Origin: Hormiphora californensis
Lineage: Eukaryota; Animalia; Ctenophora
Direction of reading: 5' to 3'
NCBI GenBank assembly: GCA_020137815.1
Contig: CM035359.1
Span: 2,170,001 to 2,234,000, forward strand
Length of the DNA: 64,000 nt
The first letter of the stretch is position 1. Each line of letters starts with the position of its first letter. The position numbers were made by a program, and so were the translations under genes. Shown piece by piece: positions 40,438-54,237 of this stretch. A model generated the notes under the pieces. It made no database searches. It saw only the letters and a list, made by a program, of their open reading frames with translations, and was not told the DNA's origin.

Positions 40438-42843
40438 ATGCGTTTATAATGCGTCTATAGTACGTGGGTACTGCGTCTATATAAGTGCGATGCCCGCAAA
40501 TGCAAAATTGCCGGTTTATTGTTTATTCATATCAAATTACACGAGGGTCACTGGGTATGAAAAATTATAGCTTGGGCGGTGAGTATCTAACCGCGTGATG
40601 GTCACGCGAGCTCGCGGTTGAGCTCAACCGAGCTCGCGCGACCATGCAGTTAGATAATCACCGGACGTAGTAGAAGGGAGAGAGCTCTCCCCCTCTTCTT
40701 CGAGGTGTTTTTCTCACAGCGCTGCGGTTTTGATGCACGGCTGATCTAAAAGAGATGATCTTTTAGACTCAAGATGGTATACTTTGGTCACCCGAGGCAG
40801 GTCACGTCCTATCTGTTTTATCCTTTATATTTATCCTCTCTTCCTTGGTATATAAGGTCCTTCTCTCTCCGCGCCGTTTATGATAAACGGCGAGAGAAGG
40901 AGCTTACATAAACTTTATGTCTAACATATTTGAAATGATCTTATATTGAGAGGCTACTACCCACTTAGACATAACTTGGGATAACCGTTGGGATAATAGT
41001 TCACTAACTGGTCACGCTCGTGCAAAGCAAGTATAGTACGAGTTTACAAAGTCAATCCAATGTCCAACTAGATGAAGATCATTCGGTATTTCATCATAAT
41101 AATAAACAAATGAGCATTGCGAAATTAAATGCAATACCTGACGCAATTGTTGCAAAAACGGTATGACACCTCAAACACATGGATTTCATTATTGGAATTG
41201 TCTGATCAATCTGATAATTATATCAGCATGGTACTTGTACTTTGTAGTGGAGATACGGTAATGCTGCCGCGTGTAGTCGCATTACCGTAATGGAATTACA
41301 GAAATGGGACGCAGACTTAGCGTAACGCGCGAGCGCTTTTGTCAAAAAGCTGTTAAAAGTGCATTTAGTCAGCACTGAGCACGTCATAGCGCCCTGATTG
41401 GTCACGGTTGCGCGTCGTCTTACTATATCTCCGTTTTCCATTTACACCGTTTTCCCACTACAAGCGACCGTGTGAGTGTTGAACTGTTACCGTATTCTCA
41501 CTACAAGCATCCATGTAACGAGCCCTCACTTCCCTTCACCATTAGAGCCACCCAAGAATACCAGCAAATTGGAAAACGTAGACGTATTCTGTATGGCGGC
41601 GCCATACCCCATTTGACAGTGCGCTCAGATGGGTCGCGGCGCCAGACAGGACGTATTAGAACTGAGACGGATGGTGGTGAAAATGGAGAGCAGCTGATCT
41701 GACTTATGGAATTGAGGCAAGCGCGTTGTGCTGTGCGTTGTGCTGTGCGTGGTGTCCTGCGTTGTGCGTGATGCTGTGCGTGGTGTCCTGCGTTGTGCGT
41801 GATGCTGTGCGTGGTGTCCTGCATGGCAGCTCTCGAGAACTTGATGTGTTGTAGCATGTAATCCCATGTAACTCACCGCGGCATGCTAACAGAGATCACC
41901 AACAACAGTCAACACCATTAAGCTCTCAGATAATGGGTGCTATTGGATTCCAACTGCCCATTATCTAAGAAGAGACAACTATATAGCTCTCCACTATATG
42001 TGGTATGTATCTCACCTCTCTCTCTGACTCTCTCCAGTATTTGGTATGTATCTCACCTCTCTATATTTCACTCAGGTTGAACTGCTGCAGTTATATTGCT
42101 TCCCCTCTCCAACGGAGATTGGAGAGTCTCCATTCTTAGTTCAACATGATCTAAGCTGATAATGGACAGAAGGAAAACAATTCCTCTCCCTCAGAATCTT
42201 GTTGTTACTCAACAATCAGAATCAGAATGCAGCTACGAGAAGGGTTACAAAGAAGAAAGAATTGTTTATACTTTATTTTTACGGAAACAGTGTCAAGCGA
42301 CTCAAATTAATACATACGCCATACATAACATCATTTATATTTATTGAGAATAAAATCGGTTTTTGAGCTTCTGCACTATTTAGTTAAAAGGTTATGCGAT
42401 GAAAAAACGGAAAAGATCAGGGGGAGCTGCGGGCTCATGGAGTCCCATTCAAATCCAAAACCAACAAAGCTAACCTAGTCTGGGGTCTGACGTACTTCCT
42501 ATTTACCGAAATGGATAGTGAATTCTAATTCTATAGCCATGTGGATATCCATATTTTGACTGCGGCGGTGAATGCTGCGGTGGTGAATGCTGTTCTAAAA
42601 TGAGATAGCCTAAGATGACACAATTCTTTCTTTTCTAATGGAAAAAAGCACACCTCTGCTTCAATTGTACCAAAATTACAATGGGATGGTACTTTTTAAA
42701 AAGAATTTTAGCACCACGTCAGCAGGGGTTCAGCAGGGGTTCAGCAGGGGATTCAGCAGCGTTTGGCAAATTTAACATCTCTAAAAGCTTCTAACGTGTA
42801 AATGCTTGAGATAAGGCAGCGTTGGCAGCACATTACTTCAAAG

Positions 42844-45800
42844 ATGTTTTTGGTTTCGTTGATTTGTCTCGCGGCCACAACTCATTCCCTTGAAGGTGAT
42901 ATATTGTGTCCTATAACGGTTCAGCGCGGCTTTTTAGTTCTCCAATGTGCCTCTCACCGTTTGGAGGGTGTGGCAAACATGTCCTGTGTGACATCTCCAA
43001 CAGCAGCCTACGACATGATACTGAACCAAAACTTTGTGACCCGGACTCGTGAAACCTACGTAACACGAATCTGTCCAAATGATCCAGCGCAGTACCAAGC
43101 GTGTACCAGGGACCTTAATGATGGTAAAGAATATGAGTTGTTTTCCAGCCCACCTGTATGCGGTGTATTGTGCTACGAACAAAAGTTTGGTCTCTATCGG
43201 GTCCATGATCGGCTTCAAAAGTGTCCAAGTGCACAGGCCCAGGTCGGACATAAAATTCCTACGGTGGATGGAGGTGTTGTGGAGGTGTGGATGAAGGAGG
43301 GAGCACTCTGTGATGGGGTGTGTGACAATATTGCGCTGACGAACAGCGTTTTATCATTGAATGCAGATTTTTTGATGTGTGTTGATGAACGAGATTGCGG
43401 TGGATACAGTTATGGTGGAGTTATAAGTGCTAAGGGCCGTCAGTACTATTTTGTTCCCTTTAACAATGGTCAAATCTTCTCAACAGCTGAAGATGAGAAA
43501 AATACCGATATAATTGGACCAGAATTCACAGTCGGATCAAGATACGATAACAGTTTTTGTGAGTACAGGTCGAAAATGGCCCAGTTGTTCCCATTGAATA
43601 ACAGGACCCGATGCTTTCGGCCACTCCCCTCATTCACCCATATAGTCCGTCTAGCGTTACCCTGGAGATCGTACTGCAGCAACTCCCGGGACCAGACAAA
43701 CTGCACTGACCCAGGGAAGGTGGGTGGATCATGTCGAGTCGGGGGGATATCTTTCCACAGTCTCTACCTACACCCTTTGTGTCCCGTTCCAGGAGTTGTG
43801 TGATGATGGATTCGAGGCGGAGTGTGTGGTGGTAAGCCGTCAATGCACTGTCCACAAACACCGGCAGTGTGATGGAGTGGAGGACTGCTCCCTGGGAGGG
43901 GATGAAAGGGGCGAGATGTGCTCAAAACTGATAACCCATCGGTTGTGTGTTCGAAGTTTCAGTCAGAACCAGGGGCTTCTCCCCATACCTGTTGAGTGGA
44001 TCAGGGATGGGGTGGTGGACTGTTTAGAGGACAAGACGAACAGGATGACTGGGAACGTGCGGGAAGAAAACAACAAAAACGTATCAAATACTTGGCTAAC
44101 AAATGTTAGATGTGTTCCTGTGCAGGCAGATAGGGCACGGTTTTTGGAGTCACCACTTTTGTGCTCTTTCCCTAAAAAGTGCGACGAGAGTGTATGTCGG
44201 GCGGCTCGAGCGAGGTCAATAGTTTTTCCGAATCTCATCAGAAGTCAGGCACCCCAGGGCCATATTTTGAAAAGTCCCTCTGCAATAAAGGCTTAGAGCA
44301 CCTACTTCTACGGCAAATGGGCCAAAAATGCCCATCCACGATTTTCTACCATCCGATACACTCGTTCTTCGGGAAGAACTTTACCACGGAGGTGGTGTTA
44401 CCGCGACAGCAAAGCGTGATTGTAGATACATGTACGGGAGGTATATGTGTACCACAGTTGTCTCGGGCTTTGTTTAAATGCTACATGCCCCTCGTGAGAC
44501 CGATTCTTCAAACGGCTTGCGCCAACCTGAAAAACACGATTTTCTCTCTGAACCGCGAGTTAAACTCTATCACCGTGACAACAACGTCCCGGGGTAGGTA
44601 CCACAACAAATTTTTTTGTTTGTAAAAACACTTATTGCATCCTGTTTGAGAAGGTGTGTGATTTAGTTGATGACTGTGGGGACCGGTCGGATGAAGAGGG
44701 CTGTGATAACAACTTCCAGTGTGCGGACAATTCCAGTATCCTGACCGTGGATCGGCAATGCGATGGTAAGATTGACTGTGCCGACCTATCTGATGAATGT
44801 AACGATGAATGTAGGAGGAAAGTCGTCATGACCGATGGGGTATTGGTCATATCGACCATCATGGGGGTAGTAGGTGCATTACTCAGTTTAGCCAGTGCAT
44901 ACAAAGCCTTCTGGGAGATACGTGACTCAAAAAAGACTGGAAAATACGTGAATAATGTCATGGTCCTCGCCATATCTTGCGGAGATCTCCTAACATCAAT
45001 CTATCTCCTGACCCTTACCTCCATACACTGGACGGAAGGTTCGCAGTTTTGTGAAAGGCAAATTGAGTGGATGAGTGGACGTACGTGCGAAATGATTGGT
45101 GTTCTCAATACCACTGGAGGTACTATTTCCTCCCTCGTCATGGCTTTAATCAGCTGTTTTAGACTTCAAGGTACCTTGCAAGCACTACGATACCGGCGGT
45201 CTGAGGAAGTTACTATGAAACTTAAACTAAAGCTAGGGTCGATGTTAGGAGGAGTTGTAGTATTTTCCGTTGGTGTGGCTGTCCTACCTCTGATCGATGG
45301 TTTGGATGACTGGTTTGTCAATGGGTTGGTATACCCAAAGGACATTCCACTATTTCTTGGAGCAATGGGCAAAAATCGGCTTTTTAAAATCATTCTTGGT
45401 TATCACGGGAATCATGATCGGGCTCGCGAGTCAACCGGTGCTTCCGTCTCCTGGAATGGACTTCAAGACATGGTTTCTGAGATGTTTTCTCACGATTACA
45501 ACGGATCAACCAGTGGCACAAAACTCTCTTTCTATGGCAATGACCCAGTGTGCATGTTCAAGGCGTTTGTACTCCCTGATGACCCACAGGCAGGCTACGT
45601 GTGGCTTTACCTTAGCTTCCATTCTCTATGTTTTGTAGCTGTAGCTATATGCCATATGCTGATATCGATCCTATCCGATAAAAATATGGTCCAGAACTCA
45701 AATGCATCATCGTCACTTGGCCGTAAAGTTACATTGATCTGTCTAACCGATTTCTGCTGCGGGATGCCCTTCCTGATTTGTTGTACCCTCCACACGACCG

Positions 45801-46411
45801 AGGTGGTGGATATGTCACCGTGGTACCAGGTCTTCTCCCTAAACATCCTACCTCTCAACTCTGTGCTGAATCCTTTGCTATACAGCGACCTATTCGCGGC
45901 AACGGTAGGAAAGTTGCAGAAAAAGATAAGTCCTTTCAACCCAGAACATGCTCACCAGGAAAGACCTGCGACCTCCAGCCCCGAGGAACAGGAAAGACCT
46001 GCGACCTCCAGCCCAGAGGAACAGGAAAGACCTGTGACCTCCAGCCCAGAGGAACAGGAAAGACCTGCGACCTCCAGCCCAGAGGAACAGAAAAGACCTG
46101 CGACCTCCAGCCCCGAGGAACAGAAAAGACCTGCGACCTCCAGCCCAGAGGAACAGGAAAGACCTGCGACCTCCAGCCCCGAGGAACAGGAAAGACCTGC
46201 GACCTCCAGCCCAGAGGAACAGGAAAGACCTGCGACCTCCAGCCCAGAGGAACAGAAAAGACCTGCGACCTCCAGCCCCGAGGAACAGGAAAGACCTGCG
46301 ACCTCCAGCCTAGAGGAACAGGAAAGACCTGCGACCTCCAGCCCAAAGGAACAGGAACGACCTGCGACCTCCAGCCCCGAGGAACATGGAAAATCAGCGG
46401 AAATTGTATAA
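42844..46411 (+). CDS. Intronless LDLa-repeat class A GPCR (GRL101-like, no LRRs), with several frameshifts in this assembly
   Basis: Signal peptide MFLVSLICLAATTHS; Cys-rich ectodomain with LDLa repeats (CDGVEDCSLGGDE, CDLVDDCGDRSDEEGC, CDGKIDCADLSDEC); 7TM with LAISCGDLL, TDFCCGMPF, LPLNSVLNPLLY; split over ORFs 42802, 43724, 44179 and 44654. Pseudogene versus indel errors is unresolved. Confidence 0.85.
45956..46385 (+). repeat. 33-bp coding tandem repeat (QERPATSSPEE) x13 in the GPCR C-tail
   Basis: In frame with the 7TM ORF. Confidence 0.95.
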
Positions 46412-46711
46412 ACTTCAAAGTTGAGTGATGTGATATCAATATCCAGCCTCTGATCGACGGTTTGGACGAAATGTGGTGAAACGAAATGCGCAGATGAATC
46501 TTTTGGGCGATCTATTCGAGCACTCCTTTCGTCTTTCGACCCCCCGTAATCTCCCGTGTTAATGTGTATGCCATGATATTGTATTGCTGTCCTTATTTTT
46601 TGAAAACCGAAAATTGAGTTTATTGCGTGGGGGGAGCCGGGAGAGGAATTCCCATATGATTCTCATACCGATTTACCAAAATTACAAAATATGTTTACAC
46701 CCACCACACAG

Positions 46712-48879
46712 CATGAATCTGCCAAGGCACATGAACCAGCCACTGAACCTGAATCTACCAAGGCACCTGAACCAGCCACTGAACCTGAATCTACCAAGGC
46801 ACCTGAACCAGCCACTGAACCTGAATCTACCAAGGCATCTGAACCAGCTTCTAAACCTGAATCTACCAAGGCACCTGAACCAGCTACTAAACCTGAATCT
46901 ACCAAGGCACCTGAACCAGCTACTGAACCTGAATCTATCAAGGCACCTGAACCAGCCAATGAACCTGAATCTACCAAGGCACCTGAACCAGCTACTGAAC
47001 CTGAATCTACCAAGGCACCTGAACCAGCTACTGAACCTGAATCTACCAAGGCACCTGAACCAGCTACTGAACCTGAATCTACCAAGGCACCTGAACCAGC
47101 CACTGAACCTGAGTCTACCAAGGCACCTGAACCAGCCACTGAACCTGAATCTACCAAGGCACCTGAACCAGCTACTAAACCTGAATCTACCAAGGCACCT
47201 GAACCAGCTACTAAACCTGAATCTACCAAGGCACATGAACCAGCTACTAAACCTGAATCTACCAAGGCACGTGAACCAGCTACTAAACCTGAATCTACCA
47301 AGGCACCTGAACCAGCCACTGAACCTGAATCTACCAAGGCACCTGAACCAGCTACTGAACCTGAATCTACCAAGGCACCTGAACCAGCTACTGAACCTGA
47401 ATCTACCAAGACACCTGAACCAGCTACTGAACCTGAATCTACCAAGGCACCTGAACCAGCTACTGAACCTGAATCTACCAAGGCACCTGAACCAGCCACT
47501 GAACCTGAATTTACCAAGGCACCTGAACCAGCTACTGAACCTGAATCTACCAAGGCACCTGAACCAGCTACTGAACCTGAATCTACCAAGGCACCTGAAC
47601 CAGCTACTGAACCTGAATCTACCAAGGCACCTGAACCAGCTACTGAACCTGAATCTACCAAGGCACCTGAACCAGCTACTAACCTGAATCTACCAAGGCA
47701 CCTGAACCAGCTACTGAACCTGAATCTACCAAGGCACCTGAACCAGCTACTGAACCTGAATCTACCAAGGCACCTGAACCAGCTACTGAACCTGAATCTA
47801 CCAAGGACACCTGAACCAGCTACTGAACCTGAATCTACCAAGGCACCTGAACCAGCTACTGAACCTGAATCTACCAAGGCACCTGAACCAGCTACTGAAC
47901 CTGAATCTACCAAGGCACCTGAACCAGCTACTGAACCTGAATCTACCAAGGCACCTGAACCAGCTACTGAACCTGAATCTACCAAGGCACCTGAACCAGC
48001 TACTGAACCTGAATCTACCAAGGCACCTGAACCAGCTACTGAACCTGAATCTACCAAGACACCTGAACCAGCCACTGAACCTGAATCTACCAAGGCACCT
48101 GAACCAGCTACTGAACCTGAATCTACCAAGGCACCTGAACCAGCTACTGAACCTGAATCTACCAAGGCACCTGAACCAGCTACTGAACCTGAATCTACCA
48201 AGGCACCTGAACCAGCTACTGAACCTGAATCTACCAAGGCACCTGAACCAGCCACTGAACCTGAATCTACCAAGGCACCTGAACCAGCTACTGAACCTGA
48301 ATCTACCAAGGCACCTGAACCAGCTACTGAACCTGAATCTACCAAGGCACCTGAACCAGCTACTGAACCTGAATCTACCAAGGCACCTGAACCAGCTACT
48401 GAACCTGAATCTACCAAGGCACCTGAACCAGCCTACTGAACCTGAATCTACCAAGGCACCTGAACCAGCCACTGAACCTGAATCTACCAAGGCACCTGAA
48501 CCAGCTACTGAACCTGAATCTACCAAGGCACCTGAACCAGCTACTGAACCTGAATCTACCAAGACACCTGAACCAGCTACTAAACCTGAATCTACCAAGG
48601 CACCTGAAACAGCTTCTGAACCTGAATCTACCAAGGCACCTGAACCAGCTACTGAACCTGAAATCTACCAAGGCACCTGAACCAGCTACTGAACCTGAAT
48701 CTACCAAGGCACCTGAACCAGCTTCTGAACCTGAATCTACCAAGGCACCTGAACCAGCTTCTGAACCTGAATCTACCAAGACACCTGAACCAGCTACTAA
48801 ACCTGATTCTACCAAGGCACCTAAACCAGCCACTGGACCTGAATCTATCAAGGCACCTGAACCAGCTACTGAACCTGAA
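46712..48879 (+). repeat. 36-bp minisatellite (~60 copies) encoding TEPESTKAPEPA; possible mucin-like exon
   Basis: actgaacctgaatctaccaaggcacctgaaccagct; variants mostly GCT/GCC, GAA/AAA, GCA/ACA; a few indels. Confidence 0.9.
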
Positions 48880-48967
48880 GCAATCTTTCTGTCTCTCCCT
48901 CTTCTCTCCCCCCTCTCACCCGGTAGCCCCTTTCTATCACTCCTCTCTCTTTATCTCTTCCTCTCTA

Positions 48968-49076
<109 letters not shown>

Positions 49077-49136
49077 GTAGCCCATTTCTATCACTCCTCT
49101 CTCTTTATCTCTTCCTCTCTCTATCTCTATCTCTCT

Positions 49137-49310
49137 CGGTCCACTACACGCACCACTCCCGCATGGGGCCGTAAGGTCCCATGCGTGAGCAGGGTTAAAT
49201 CCCCCGAGCCCGGATCCTGTTGGATCTGAGGGCCCGGAGGGCCTGCGGAGTAAAGGTAGGTAGAACAATGTACATAGGGGTAAGTTGAACAATGTACATA
49301 TGGGTTAAAG
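49137..49310 (-). mobile_element. 3' end of a LINE/SINE-like element running into a (GA)n tail, copy 1
   Basis: Minus strand ends GCATGGGACC-TTAC-GGCCCCATGC...GTGTAGTGGACC(GA)n; second copy at ~52330-52510. Confidence 0.55.
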
Positions 49311-50082
49311 TTTGTTTGTTTGTTTGTTTGTTAAAGACGTCTTAGGAACCTGGGATACTGAGTTCTCCCCCTCATCTTGGTCTACTCTGATAGTATTTTC
49401 ATGCTAGCCTTGATGGAAAATATAGGGGAGACCCCAGTAACTCAGTCTTACTCCAACCGACATACACGATACCCAGTGGTACCCTTGTTGGTACCGAACA
49501 CAGAGTCTGATGCGGGGGACATCGCTGTCCTGGGTATCGTGCCGGATCTTGAAGTGTCTCCGACGTGGAGGGATTTTGGAAGAAGTGGGAATCGGGAAGA
49601 ATAGAAGAGAGAGGTTGAGGAGCACATTTCTGATCTGAGAGGTCCCCATGATGACTCGAGGACAGTCGGGGAGATCAGAATGGCTATAATGGAGGGTGGA
49701 TTTATGAAGGATTATCGTCCGTTGTAGTTAAGTCAAGACATAGTTCCTGTAACAGTTGGAGGGTAAGGTATATGGGAAAGGGAAGTGAACGGAGTGGATA
49801 TAGTTTCATGAATATATTAAATGGATGGAAGCTGTGTGTGCTTGGCTGATCGTGGTAGAGGGATATGGCTGTCATTCCAGTTAACACTGCATTACAGAAC
49901 CACCAGGAGATTTTGGGCTGTGGGAACCATAACCTGGGTGGTAGGAAAGGTGGCGGGCGTGGAGATAGCAGCCAGGATGCGATGGATCTTATCATGGCTT
50001 CTATTTCCTTGTGAGTTGGGATGCAAGAACAGATATACGAGTACAGGACAGGAGAAAGACCTTATAATATAACATCGAGATG

Positions 50083-50185
50083 TATTTAGGTGCCGGCAGG
50101 CACCTCCGACCCGAAGAAAACAGCAAAAAACGAAAAAAAGAAAAAAAAATTTTTTGCCCTTGCACAAAAACCCAAAAATATATAT
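50083..50185 (-). mobile_element. Solo end of the HINE-like family seen at 6782
   Basis: TATTTAGGTGCCGGCAGGCACCTCCGACCCGAAGAAAAC is identical to 6782-6820. Confidence 0.85.
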
Positions 50186-50330
50186 ATGCCTAAGGGGGGG
50201 AGGGAGTAAGGTAGGGTAGGAGAGGATGGGAAGGAAGGGTGTGTTGGGGTAGAACCAAAGAAAATAACAAGATAAGTAGGTGAAGTGTAAAAGTAAAAAG
50301 TACAGTCGAGTCAGTAATAGAGTCACAAAA

Positions 50331-50600
50331 ATTAGAGTGCGTGGAAGTCAATGGTGTGAAGGAACTTGAGAATGGGTCTGGCATCGAACTTGTGAGGAAT
50401 GGGAATGAAGAAGTGGAAAAAGTGTTTGTTACGTTCTCTCCAAAGGGCTTCACAGTGACAGAGAATGTGATGGTATGACTCCGAGTCTAAATTACAGTAT
50501 CTGCAAGTGATGTCCGATATGGCCCCTATATTGAAAAGGAAAGATTAGAGGGGGTAACGGTTAGAGATCCGGCTGGCTCCTACTGAATTACAGTAGCGAG
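50331..50600 (-). mobile_element. Degenerate non-LTR retrotransposon C-terminus (I/R1/LOA-group zinc knuckle)
   Basis: Minus-strand translation FNIGAISDITCRYCNLDSESYHHILCHCEALWRER...ILKFL*; upstream sequence has stops. Confidence 0.65.
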
Positions 50601-51104
50601 AGTGAATGAAATGAAGTAATGGACGGACTAAATCTAGTAATGGGGATGGTAGTCTGGAACTGGGATACAGAAGATAAGAATTAGAAAGTGGGATGGTAGG
50701 GAGCCTAATAGGGTTAAGCGGTGGATACCAGAAGGGGTAGAGAAAGAGATAACAGACTGGGGCAAGAAAGGGAGATGAAGAGAAAGAAGAGAGAGTAAGA
50801 ACTAAAACAGGAGAGAGAAAGAGGTGAAAAAGGAGAAAGGGACGGAAATAGGCTGGAGCTGGAAGAGATGAAGAAGAGAAAGAGAGAAACTGCTAGAAGA
50901 AAGTGGCGGGAAAGAAAAATGCCGCCTAACGAGGAGAAAGGGGAAAGAGAGGGAGATAAAGAAAGGAAAGAGAAGAGAAGAGAGAAAAAGAAAGAAGAAA
51001 CTCTTCCCTATACGTGGTCAGACCAAATCTACATATGAAATCAATGTATATTATTTATATAGTATAGTTTATATTATTATATATAGTGTAAGTATAAGGA
51101 GAAA

Positions 51105-51590
51105 AGGTCGTGGGCCAGACTTTATAAAAGAGGATATGTGTTATATGTTAGTCCCTCACAAGTCGTGAGTCAGACTATATAAAAGAGGATATGTGTTGTA
51201 TGGTAATCTCCCACAGGTCGTGGGCCAGACTTTATAAAAGAGGATATGTGTTATATGTTAGTCCCTCACAAGTCGTGAGTCAGACTATATAAAAGAGGAT
51301 ATGTGTTGTATGGTAGTCCCTCACAGGTCGTGAGTCGGACTATATAAAAGAGGATATGTGTTAATGTACGGGCGACTGGTACGGGCGATTGGTACGGGCG
51401 TCTCATCAGGGCCCCCGTAATCCGCTGCCTAATATATATTATATGGTAGTCCCTCACAAGTCGTGAGTCAGACTTTATAAAAGAGGATATGTTATATGGT
51501 AGTCCCTCACAAGTCGTGAGTCAGACTATATAAAAGAGGAATATGTGTTATATGCTAGTCTCTCACAGGTCGTGAGTCAGACTATATACT
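51105..51590. repeat. ~54-bp tandem repeat
   Basis: gtccctcacaagtcgtgagtcagactatataaaagaggatatgtgttatatg, ~8 copies, followed by a (GA)n tract at 51646-51895. Confidence 0.9.
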
Positions 51591-51641
51591 AATACAAACA
51601 TATTGAAGAACATATAAGAGAAGATAAATGGCCTAACACAC

Positions 51642-51872
<231 letters not shown>

Positions 51873-52329
51873 GAAAGAGAAAGAAAGAAAGAGAGATACA
51901 TACAATAGAGTGGGAGAGAGGGAGAGGGAGGGAGAGAGGAAAGAGGAGAAACGAGGAAGAGAACCGAGGCAACCCCGAGGCAAACGCAAGAAACGGGATA
52001 GTGAAAAGAGATAAACGAAACGAGGAAAAAGAGAGAAGCAAAACGACGGACAGACAGACACAAGACAGACCGACAGACAGGTTCTTATCTGATATAGATC
52101 CTTGATAGTTGTTGTAGGTAGTTGTTGGTGGTTGAGATGAGTTGGGATGTATTCTGTTGAACGATGGCAGGTTGGAGCATGGTAGAGGCCTCAGAATTAG
52201 AGGGCAAATTTACAAAGATAAGAGAAGGGCAGAATTTAACGGTCGCAACCTAGAGCGCACCTACGATTCCCTTTATATGTAAGGTAAAAACAATTACAGG
52301 GGAGTTAAAGCTCTCCTCTCTCTCTCTCT

Positions 52330-52510
52330 CGGTCCACTACAACGCACCACTCCCACATTTGGCCGTGATTCCCCCTGCGAAGCAGGGGTTAAAATCCCCC
52401 CGTGAACCCGGATCCTGTTGATCGGAGGCCCGGATGGCCTGCGGAGTAAAGGTAGGGTGTAGACAATGTAACATAGCGGGGTACATTTAACAATGGTAAC
52501 ATATGGGGGT
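52330..52510 (-). mobile_element. 3' end of the LINE/SINE-like element, copy 2
   Basis: Diverged match to 49137-49310, again abutting (CT)n. Confidence 0.55.
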
Positions 52511-52739
52511 TAGAAAGGGGGATTTAAAGGGCTCATGGTGACGGAGCACAAGCCTCCTAAAACTATCGCAAAGAAGCCCATCCTGCTACAAGTGAATTGA
52601 CGAAGAGACAAACTTACATGAACTGTGGAAGAAGCAAACCTCCGGAATCTAAGGGGGCAGCCTAAAGCAAGCAGGAACTGGTTCGAGCGAAAAATAAATA
52701 CAATAACACAAATTGATTATTTTACAAGTCGAGCCAGCG

Positions 52740-53432
52740 AGACGCCAGCCCGTCCAGAGAAGCCAGCGACGCCCGTCCAGAGGCCAGACATCGAGCGCCG
52801 ACCCCCGTTCCAAGAAGCAGCTGACCCGTTCCAGAGAAGCCCAGCTGACCCCAGCTCCAGAAAAGTCAGCTGACCCCGTTCCAGAGAAGCCCAGCTGACC
52901 CCGCGTCCAGAGAATACAAGTGAAAGGCAACAAGCCACCGGCCCCGTGTCCAGAGAAACCTCTGACGCCCTTCCGTAAGGACATCTGACCCCGCTCCAGT
53001 AAAGACAGCTGACCTGACCCCTTCCAGTAAAAGACAGCTGACGACCCCGTTCCAGAGAGGACAAGCCCCCCCCGCCGTTCCAGAGAGGACAGCTGACCCC
53101 GTCCAGTAAGGACAGCTTCCCCGTTCCCATTTAAATACGCTGGCCCCCGGGCTCCAGTAAGTGGACACAGCTGACCCCGTTCCAGATAAGACAGCGGCAC
53201 GGGGGGCCCGGCCGCTCATAGAATACAAGCGACCCCGGTCCCGGGGCCCATTAAGGAACAGGAGGAGCATGACCCCCCGTTCCGTAAAGACAGCTGACCG
53301 GTCCCGCTTACCGAGGGGGAGAGTAGCGAGCCCAAGATCCAGAGAAGAACGCCGACCGCTCCTAAGACAGCTGACCCCGTTCCAGTAAAGACAGCTGACC
53401 CCGCTCCAGAGAGGACAGCCACCCCGTTCCAA
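52740..53432. repeat. Degenerate ~24-bp GC-rich tandem repeat (cagctgaccccgttccagagaag)
   Basis: Recurrent unit is visible; it explains the overlapping LERG/TG ORFs. Confidence 0.8.
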
Positions 53433-53907
53433 AAAAACATCTCCGATGTAGAACCCTATCAAAAATGGAAGAAGTGGGTTAGGGGGGCTAGTAGAACAAA
53501 AACAGTATTGGTTAGCGGATAAAGGGGCGTTGGGGGTCCACAGTTGGCTGGAAGATGCCTGTTCCACTGGTAACCCTGAGCCGGAGAAGGCGGGGTAGGA
53601 ACATAATAGTTGGCGATAATACACTGTGGGCCGCCTTGCCAAGATGTTTTTGTTTTTTTGTATTTTCTGATTTTTTTCCGTATTTCTGATACACAGCCAC
53701 GCTCAGCCGCGGCCACACGGACCTGGAAATCGAACAGGGGGAAAAGGGGATGGGGAAAAAGGTACTCCGTGTGACCCCGTTGCCCGGGGGAAACCGATTG
53801 GAGGTGGTGGCAGGTGGAGCCAACTCCCCCCTCTCTCTCGCTCTCTCTCTCCTCTCTCTCTCCTCTCTCTCGCTCTCGCTCTCGCTCTCTCCGTCTCTCA
53901 TCTCTCC

Positions 53908-53938
<31 letters not shown>

Positions 53939-54121
53939 TCACCGCCATTGAACACGTGACTCACTGAGAGATATGGTCAGGCTAACAGTGTAATGACCAG
54001 GAAACTCCAACCCAAAGCCGCTTTGAGCTTCATATGTCCTTTTCTCTCTCCCTCTCTCTCCCTCTCTCCATCTCTCCCTTCCTGTCTGGTCCTGACGGGA
54101 TCTGGAAAAGGGCCAGATGAG

Positions 54122-54237
<116 letters not shown>

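Larger units (their letters stand above)
34005..40512. mobile_element. 6.5-kb Mutator/Foldback-like element with ~600-bp modular TIRs and cargo
   Basis: 9-bp TSD GGTTTATTG (33996-34004 and 40513-40521); termini GGCAATTTTGCATTTGCGGGC / GCCCGCAAATGCAAAATTGCC; arms built of TATAGACGCAT subrepeats; no transposase ORF inside. Confidence 0.9.

Noticed and set aside
46663-48851. Minus-strand (VDSGSVAGSGAL)n and other-frame ORFs
   Set aside because: Shadow frames of a stop-free 36-bp repeat.
51395-51425. Hammerhead ribozyme core (CTGATGAG on the minus strand)
   Set aside because: No properly placed GAAA or stems.
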